From an uncultured Clostridia bacterium (GTDB taxonomy: Bacteria; Bacillota; Clostridia; TANB77; CAG-508): a stretch of 32,391 nt of DNA. The notes under the pieces are model-generated. The model saw only the letters and a program-made list of their open reading frames with translations. It searched no databases and was not told the DNA's origin. Shown one piece after another: positions 26,749 to 32,391 of the stretch; the first letter of the stretch is position 1, and each line of letters opens with the position of its first letter. A program made the translations under genes and the position numbers. Location: positions 1 to 32,391 of the forward strand of contig CALXSO010000116.1 of assembly GCA_944391155.1 (NCBI GenBank). Reading direction: 5' to 3'.

Positions 26749-28131
26749 TTAAAATTCTATTTTATTTGAAATCCATTTTTCTAATTCATCAATATCTAAT
26801 CTTATTTGTTCCATTGTATCCCTATCACGAACAGTTACTGTATTATCTTCTAATGTATCAAAATCTATTGTTATACAATATGGTGTTCCTATTTCATCTT
26901 GTCTTCTATACCTCTTTCCAATACTTCCTGCCACATCATAATCACACATAAATTTCTTAGAAAGTCTAGTATATACTTCTTCAGCTTTATCTGATAATTT
27001 TTTTGATAATGGTAATACTGCCACTTTATAAGGTGATAAAGCTGGATGTAAATGTAATACTACTCTTGTATCTCCATCTGATAAATTTTCTTCCTCATAG
27101 CTATTACATAAAAATGCAAGTAGTACTCTATCTGCCCCTAATGAAGGTTCTATTACATATGGAATATATTTTTCATTTGTTTCTGGATCTAGATATGATA
27201 AATCCTGTTTAGAATGATTCATATGTTGTGATAAATCATAATCTGTTCTATCTGCAATTCCCCATAATTCTCCCCATCCAAATGGAAATTTAAATTCTAT
27301 ATCTGTTGTTGCTTTACTATAGAATACTAATTCTTCTGGTGAATGATCTCTTAGACGTATATTTTCTTTCTTCATACCTAAACTAATTAACCAATTTTCG
27401 CAATAATCTTTCCAATATTTATGCCATTCTAAATCAGTTCCTGGCTTACAGAAAAATTCTAATTCCATTTGTTCAAATTCACGTGTTCTAAATATAAAAT
27501 TTCCAGGTGTTATTTCATTTCTAAAAGCCTTTCCAATTTGAGCAATTCCCATTGGCATTTTCTTCCTTGATGTTCTTAATACATTTTTAAAATCCACAAA
27601 TATACCTTGTGCTGTTTCAGGTCTTAAATATATTTCTGCGGTCTTATCTTCTGTAACTCCTTGAAATGTTTTAAACATTAAATTAAATTTTCTAATATCT
27701 GTAAAATTTGTTTTCCCACAAGATGGACATGGTATTTTATTTTTTTCTATAAAATCCATCAATTCTTTATCACTCATACCATCTGCTATCATATCTCTGC
27801 CTTGATCATGTGCCCATTCCTCAATTAGTTTGTCTGCTCTATGTCTTGTTTTACATTCTTTACAATCTATTAATGGATCTGAAAATCCTCCAACATGACC
27901 TGATGCTACCCAAGTTTCAGGATTCATTAATATCGCTGCATCTAGTCCTACAATATTAGGCTGTTCTTGTATGAATTTTTTTCTCCAAGCTGTTTTAATA
28001 TTATTTTTTAACTCATTTCCTAAAGGTCCATAATCCCAAGTATTTGCTAAACCTCCATAAATTTCTGAACCAGGATATATATATCCTCTATTCTTGCATA
28101 AATTTACAATTGTTTCCATAGACTCTATCAT
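26749..28131 (-). CDS. glyQS: Glycine--tRNA ligase (alpha2 GlyQS type)
   Basis: 460 aa. [29 protein letters not shown], class II motifs ([12 protein letters not shown]) and the anticodon-binding C-terminus match GlyQS. RBS is AAGGAGGA. Confidence 0.95.
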   Translation of the reverse strand: MIESMETIVNLCKNRGYIYPGSEIYGGLANTWDYGPLGNELKNNIKTAWRKKFIQEQPNIVGLDAAILMNPETWVASGHVGGFSDPLIDCKECKTRHRADKLIEEWAHDQGRDMIADGMSDKELMDFIEKNKIPCPSCGKTNFTDIRKFNLMFKTFQGVTEDKTAEIYLRPETAQGIFVDFKNVLRTSRKKMPMGIAQIGKAFRNEITPGNFIFRTREFEQMELEFFCKPGTDLEWHKYWKDYCENWLISLGMKKENIRLRDHSPEELVFYSKATTDIEFKFPFGWGELWGIADRTDYDLSQHMNHSKQDLSYLDPETNEKYIPYVIEPSLGADRVLLAFLCNSYEEENLSDGDTRVVLHLHPALSPYKVAVLPLSKKLSDKAEEVYTRLSKKFMCDYDVAGSIGKRYRRQDEIGTPYCITIDFDTLEDNTVTVRDRDTMEQIRLDIDELEKWISNKIEF

Positions 28132-28429
28132 AAAAATTCCTCCTTTTTAATGTTCTTTTATATTTTTAGAAGTTTTTATAACGCCAAACTTCTCTGAATA
28201 CAAAAAAACTTCCATACCTAGCTTATAGCTAGGGACGAAAGTTTATATTCCGCGTTTCCACCCTAATTCCTAAAACATATTTCATGTTATGTTTTAGACA
28301 CCTTAATTCATATATTACTCAGAAGCTCCCCATACTTTTTTATTACAAGTATTCCACCATCACTTGCTCTCTATTAATAAATTTACTAAGTATTTTTTCT
28401 TCTTCACTGTAATTTAATTATTTAATTTA
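28132..28429 (-). promoter_or_regulatory. T-box leader of glyQS
   Basis: On the minus strand, AGAGAGCAAGTGATGGTGGAA supplies the Stem I AG bulge and distal loop. The T-box motif GGAATTAGGGTGGAAACGCGG lies at 28250-28270. Terminator ACTTTCGTCCCTAGCTATAAGCTAGGTATGGAAGT plus T7 lies at 28202-28242. Confidence 0.8.
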
Positions 28430-28504
28430 TGGCAGGGGTAGAAGGACTCGAACCCTCACAGGCGGTTTTGGAGACCGATGTGCTACCATTAACACTATAC
28501 CCCT
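28430..28504 (-). tRNA. trnW: tRNA-Trp (anticodon CCA), with the 3' CCA encoded
   Basis: Reverse complement AGGGGTATAGTGTTAATGGTAGCACATCGGTCTCCAAAACCGCCTGTGAGGGTTCGAGTCCTTCTACCCCTGCCA. Acceptor stem is AGGGGTA/TACCCCT, anticodon loop CTCCAAA and T-loop GGTTCGAGTCC. It closely resembles Bacillus tRNA-Trp. There is one U-C mismatch at the top of the anticodon stem. Confidence 0.85.
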
Positions 28505-28528
28505 AAATTGCTTTTTCAAACACTTATT

Positions 28529-28557
28529 ATCTTAGCATACTTTAGTTATTTTGGCAA
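28529..28557 (-). promoter_or_regulatory. Sigma-A-type promoter for tRNA-Trp, and possibly the downstream glyQS leader
   Basis: The minus strand reads TTGCCA, a 17-nt spacer, then TAAGAT. It ends about 25 nt upstream of the tRNA 5' end. Confidence 0.5.
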
Positions 28558-28702
28558 GTATTTTTTTAGAATTTTTAGTCTTCTTTTTTTGCAAAATTTT
28601 CATTGCCAATTTTTTTTGGTTATTTCCAGTAACTCTTGTACTTGTCTCCTGTTATGTTATTTTTTTAACAGTATTCATTTGTATCAAAACTCGTATAATA
28701 GC

Positions 28703-28729
28703 AAAACCCCCAATCCATACTTTTGGGGG
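28703..28729 (-). terminator. Rho-independent terminator after the 146-aa ORF
   Basis: The minus strand reads CCCCCAA-AAGTATGGA-TTGGGGG followed by TTTTGCTATT. Confidence 0.65.
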
Positions 28730-28744
28730 TATCTTATCTCCTAT

Positions 28745-29182
28745 TTAGGAGATAGCTTTTTGGAAGATTTTTTGCCGCGTTTTCTTTCTAATAGTTAAAT
28801 TCTTTTTATCTATTAGATACTCTATATTATCAGGCAGTGATTCTTTTACATCAACTTCTGGGAGTAAATCCTTGTAGAAAGTTGATGAATTAGTAATCCG
28901 GATTATCTCCTTACTTCTAAAAAATAATTTTTCTCTCTTAAAAAATCGCTTATTTTTTTCAGGTTCTCGCATTACATTCATTATTTTTTTAAAAACTTTT
29001 TTCTTCAGCTTTTTAGGTTCAGACTCAATTCTGAGCTCCCACTCGTAAAATTCATATAAGTCATCCACTGCTTTTGATTGCCAAAACTCTAAATAGTCCT
29101 GATATTTCCGGCATACAATTGTTGCAAAATTTTGTGCCACTTCTTCTAAAGTGGTACCTGAAAAAATTACTTCTTCACTCAT
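28745..29182 (-). CDS. Hypothetical protein (about 146 aa), visibly more GC-rich than its neighbours
   Basis: ORF 28745..29236. I prefer the ATG at 29182, 6 nt after AGGAGG (AGGAGGATGAGCATG). I recognise no motif. The C-terminal half is Lys/Arg-rich. Confidence 0.5.
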   Translation of the reverse strand: MSEEVIFSGTTLEEVAQNFATIVCRKYQDYLEFWQSKAVDDLYEFYEWELRIESEPKKLKKKVFKKIMNVMREPEKNKRFFKREKLFFRSKEIIRITNSSTFYKDLLPEVDVKESLPDNIEYLIDKKNLTIRKKTRQKIFQKAIS

Positions 29183-29251
29183 GCTCATCCTCCTATCTAA
29201 ATGTATGTTTTCTTGTAGCCTGAAATAATTTATCATATTTACATAACATTG

Positions 29252-29815
29252 TCAAATAATCTCTTGTTTAAGCTTTTTATTAAGTTTACTATATATTGGT
29301 TTCATTTTTAATTCATTAGTAATTTCTATTGCTTTGTCAATATCAATCCATTCTACAGCACTATTTTCATCTTCTTTTACTTTCAAAGTTTCATTTTCAT
29401 TAGCTTGTAATAAAAAACAACAATCCAAATGCAAATGAGATGGTATAAATTTTTCTCTTTTTATATGACTATCTACAGTAAGTATTTGAATTCCAAATAT
29501 TCCATTACTTATTACTTTTAAATTTTTCAATCCAGTCTCTTCTTGTGCTTCTTTCAAAGCTACATGCAACAAATTACTATCTCCATCTGCATGCCCACCA
29601 GTCCAAGCCCATGACTTATAAATATTATGATAAATCATTAATACTTTTGATTTTTCTTTATTTACAATCCAGTTTGATGCAGTAAAATGACACATTTTAT
29701 TTTCTCTTGTTAATACATCACTGAAAGTATTCATATATTCTATCATCATTTCTTTGTCGTTTTTTTCCTGTTCATTGTATGGTACATAATTTTCAATTTG
29801 TTCTTTTAAATTCAT
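29252..29815 (-). CDS. Nudix hydrolase
   Basis: ORF 29252..29857. The ATG at 29815 follows AAGGAGA. Nudix box is GGHADGDSNLLHVALKEAQEETGL. Confidence 0.75.
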   Translation of the reverse strand: MNLKEQIENYVPYNEQEKNDKEMMIEYMNTFSDVLTRENKMCHFTASNWIVNKEKSKVLMIYHNIYKSWAWTGGHADGDSNLLHVALKEAQEETGLKNLKVISNGIFGIQILTVDSHIKREKFIPSHLHLDCCFLLQANENETLKVKEDENSAVEWIDIDKAIEITNELKMKPIYSKLNKKLKQEII

Positions 29816-30105
29816 TTCATTTCTCCTTATCTTATATACAACCAACTCTATAAGCATAAAAACATTATTTTAGTTTATGAGTATTTACTAGTTTATAAAT
29901 TTAGTTAAGTTCATATGTTCTTTGTATTATTGGCTATATTACAAATTTTCTTTGCTACTGTTTAATAAATTATTTCGTAATGTATCTCTTGTTTTATGCT
30001 TTTAAAAAAATTAATCCACCCCTGTTATAGCTACACTATATTATAAAATTACATTTTCTCAATCTAATTAACCATATATATATTGAAAGATTTTAATTAC
30101 TACCA

Positions 30106-30744
30106 TTATGATAAACTTTTTAGTATATTCTCAATAATCTCATCAAAATCAACTTTCGAAAAATCTGTTGTATCAACGAGTATTTCATTATTATTTATTT
30201 TAAACTCTTTTGATTTCATAGCTGCTTGTTCAAAATTTTTAAAGTCATCAAATACTCCATTTGATACTAGTCCCATATGTCTTTCACTTGAATATTCCCT
30301 TTCTAAAAATCTTTTATGTAATATCTGTAAATCTCCTTCAAATCTAATTGTAATACTTTTATAATTATATTTATTTAATAGTTCCTTTATAATAGAAACA
30401 GATTCTTTTGCAAAATTACTTTCAACTATTACTGATTTTCCTACTTTTAGCTGTTCTTCTATTATATAATAAAAAATAGAATAACTACTTGCTCCTAGTT
30501 TTCTCTTTGCTTCATAAGCTAAATTATCACAACTAAAAGAATCATATAAAATTTTTTTAATTTCATCTTTACTAAAAAAAGGTATTTCTAATAGCTTTGA
30601 AATTTTTTTGCCATAACTAGTCTTTCCGGCAGCCAATTCTCCCGTTACAATTATAATGCTTTTTGAATTTTTGCATTTTGTTAATTCAATATTTAAATCT
30701 CTTCTGTATTCAGAATTATTTTTATCTTTTAGAATTTCATTCAT
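30106..30744 (-). CDS. P-loop ATPase / small-molecule or nucleotide kinase-like protein
   Basis: ORF 30106..30759. The ATG at 30744 follows GAGAGGT. Walker A is IIIVTGELAAGKTS and a Walker B-like stretch is SVIVESNF. Confidence 0.6.
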   Translation of the reverse strand: MNEILKDKNNSEYRRDLNIELTKCKNSKSIIIVTGELAAGKTSYGKKISKLLEIPFFSKDEIKKILYDSFSCDNLAYEAKRKLGASSYSIFYYIIEEQLKVGKSVIVESNFAKESVSIIKELLNKYNYKSITIRFEGDLQILHKRFLEREYSSERHMGLVSNGVFDDFKNFEQAAMKSKEFKINNNEILVDTTDFSKVDFDEIIENILKSLS

Positions 30745-30874
30745 TTTTATACCTCTCATCTTTATATCTATTTTATATACATATTTTAAACCTTTTTTAG
30801 TCTTTTACATATATTTTTTGACTAATTTTTTCAAGCCTTTACTAGTTCAAATTTCCTAAAAGCTAAATATTTCT

Positions 30875-30964
30875 TTATGCAAATTTTATCAATTTTATAT
30901 TTTCTTTTTTAGCTCCTACTACAATAACTTCATCCATATCAACCATAATAGATTTTTTATACAT
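30875..30964 (-). pseudogene. 29-codon remnant resembling the N-terminus of an NT5C/YorS-type HAD 5'(3')-deoxyribonucleotidase
   Basis: GGAGG lies 9 nt upstream of the ATG at 30964. The translation MYKKSIMVDMDEVIVVGAKKENIKLIKFA* carries the HAD motif I context (VDMDEV) and then stops. Confidence 0.4.
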
Positions 30965-30983
30965 TTTTATTTTCCTCCACTTT

Positions 30984-31394
30984 TCACATTTTATGTTTTT
31001 CTTCATAATTCCAAATACTTAAATGTCCTTTTGCTTTTATTGGATTATCTAATACTTGAATATTTTCTAAGATCCAAGCATATCTACCTTCTTTATATTC
31101 ACCACAAATATATTCTTGATAATTATTTCTTTTCATATTTTCTATATATTCTTTAGTCATATAAATACAATCTACTAAATTACATTTACAGATAATATTT
31201 CCAAAGTTTAATGAATTATCTTTTATTAAATTCATAAGTTCTTTATTATTTTTCCATTCTTTTGGTATATGAGTGCTACTTGCATGTATATATAGTTCGC
31301 CTCTATATGATGTTTTCCAACTTCTTGTTTCTACTTTCTTTCTCTCTTCTTTAATTAATGTAGCATATGGTTCTGTTAAACTTAATACTTTCAT
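30984..31394 (-). CDS. ASCH (PUA-like) domain protein
   Basis: 136 aa. MKVLSLTEPYATLIKEERKKVETRSWKTSYRGELYIHAS is the typical ASCH N-terminus. RBS is GGAGGA. Confidence 0.75.
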   Translation of the reverse strand: MKVLSLTEPYATLIKEERKKVETRSWKTSYRGELYIHASSTHIPKEWKNNKELMNLIKDNSLNFGNIICKCNLVDCIYMTKEYIENMKRNNYQEYICGEYKEGRYAWILENIQVLDNPIKAKGHLSIWNYEEKHKM

Positions 31395-31436
31395 TGTTCC
31401 TCCAATTTTTATTTCAATTTTTCTTTTAATTTGCCT

Positions 31437-31802
31437 CTAACTATTTTTTATTTCTCTATCTATCCATGCCATTATTATATTTACAATATAATCTTTTTGT
31501 TCTTCATTCAGTTTTATTCCTTTTTGTATTTTATGCCATTTGTATAAGCAACCTCTACAACAAGTCGCAGTAGCATGTTGTGCTATAAATACAGGATGTC
31601 CTCTCATTGGTGTTTGTTTTCCGTCATTTGATATATTTTCTGGTGCTAATCTTTTATTTATAAAGTCATATGCATGTTCTCTAATTTTGTCCATTCCTTT
31701 TTCTTTTATATAATCTTTGTCTTTCTGGTTTAAATGAAATTTTCTTCTAAAACTTGATTTTGATAAACTATTCAGCATATTTTCTATTCTCATATTTTGC
31801 AT
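31437..31802 (-). CDS. DUF4186 family protein
   Basis: ORF 31437..31811. The ATG at 31802 lies 5 nt after AGGTGA. The conserved stretch is MRGHPVFIAQHATATCCRGCLYKWH. Confidence 0.7.
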   Translation of the reverse strand: MQNMRIENMLNSLSKSSFRRKFHLNQKDKDYIKEKGMDKIREHAYDFINKRLAPENISNDGKQTPMRGHPVFIAQHATATCCRGCLYKWHKIQKGIKLNEEQKDYIVNIIMAWIDREIKNS

Positions 31803-31890
31803 TTTAATCACCTGTTTTTCTTCTCAAACGTCATATTTTTTAATTTTTCAATATATTCTTTTATATTAACATCATTTATATCTTCAGGCT

Positions 31891-32079
31891 TCAACTCACT
31901 ATATCAATGAAAGTTCCCCATTCCTCTTTATGACCAGTAAATCTTTTCATAAAACTTGCATAGCAGTATTTACAACCATGTGGGCAACCAACATAAGGAT
32001 TTATGACATAGTCACTAGCTGGTAAATTAGATTTAGTTAAATAGTCTTTAACTTGTATTTCTTTTTCTATAATATTCAT
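31891..32079 (-). pseudogene. Truncated SPL/SplB-type radical SAM (DNA repair photolyase-like) gene; only about 62 N-terminal codons remain
   Basis: The ATG at 32079 follows AGGTG. MNIIEKEIQVKDYLTKSNLPASDYVINPYVGCPHGCKYCYASFMKRFTGHKEEWGTFIDIVS* holds the CxxxCxxC cluster, but the frame stops at 31891. Intact family members are several-fold longer. Confidence 0.6.
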
Positions 32080-32087
32080 TTTTGCAC

Positions 32088-32391
32088 CTACTCTTCGTCT
32101 ATATTGTTTTTTAATTTTTTTAACATTTCGTAAATTTCTGTTACATAACTCCCGTTCCATTGACTAAAATCTTTTTCCATTGCTTTCCATCCATCTCTAG
32201 GTTTGCAAAAATCCTCAAATTCCGAAATTGCTAAATCTATATTTCTTTTGTTAATTTTGTCTTTAACTATTTGTTCTGTATATTTTCTTGGTCTTCCAGA
32301 ACATAATATAACTAATATTCCTTTTTCACTTACCCTTTTTATTGTTTCTATTGTTTTTACTGACAAATTTCTATTACTATCCCTTAATGTC
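32088..32391 (-). CDS. Partial ORF (open at the right edge), possibly a HAD-like phosphatase fragment
   Basis: The frame stays open to 32391 (..TLRDSNRNLSVKTIETIKRVSEKGILVILCSGRPRKY..). The hhhhhSGR pattern resembles HAD motif II. I did not recognise the remainder. Confidence 0.35.
   Translation of the reverse strand, partial: TLRDSNRNLSVKTIETIKRVSEKGILVILCSGRPRKYTEQIVKDKINKRNIDLAISEFEDFCKPRDGWKAMEKDFSQWNGSYVTEIYEMLKKLKNNIDEE

Noticed and set aside
28430-32391. The accessory run as a genomic island integrated at tRNA-Trp
   Set aside because: The accessory genes lie on the 5' (promoter) side of the tRNA, whereas integrases normally target the 3' end. There is no integrase and no direct repeat of the tRNA 3' end, and a normal promoter and terminator separate the two. 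Proximity alone is not evidence.

Overview
This is a very AT-rich chromosomal segment of an endospore-forming, Clostridia-like Firmicute, and nearly all genes lie on the minus strand. From left to right it holds: the 5' part of sigF, spoIIAB and spoIIAA; a ytfJ/ytfI-like sporulation pair; scpA and recX; two large surface proteins (a cadherin-like-repeat membrane protein and a GH73 glucosaminidase-SH3-dockerin protein); rny; a polytopic WG-repeat membrane protein; a GH3 NagZ-like enzyme; pheT-pheS with a T-box leader; a small unknown ORF and a sortase; a small membrane protein; a U32 peptidase (+); an RNHCP protein; a nucleoside kinase with an N-terminal extension; sspH (+); a SAMHD1/dGTPase-like HD protein plus an overlapping small ORF; glyQS with a T-box leader; and tRNA-Trp. 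The right end is a decaying accessory run: an unknown ORF, Nudix, a P-loop kinase, an NT5C fragment, ASCH, DUF4186, a truncated SPL-type radical SAM gene and a partial HAD-like ORF. I found no integrase, transposase, CRISPR array, restriction-modification or known defence operon. The structure that genes do not explain is intergenic. First, a family of about 160-bp hairpin MITE-like elements has GTTACTA/TAGTAAC termini; two intact copies carry perfect 8-bp target-site duplications, and their centres sit in opposite orientations. Degenerate relics of this family fill many spacers, and one relic is tandemly amplified as 4 x 27 bp. Second, a perfect, comparatively GC-rich 68-bp palindrome is embedded in the 3' end of a CDS just upstream of the rny promoter. 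Smaller oddities are a Shine-Dalgarno sequence held 30 nt from the spoIIAB start by a hairpin, a terminator that also carries inverted Spo0A-box-like motifs, an unusually long pheS T-box leader, tRNA-Trp abutting the glyQS T-box, and no scpB next to scpA. All functional calls rest on motif recognition by eye. No database search was run.
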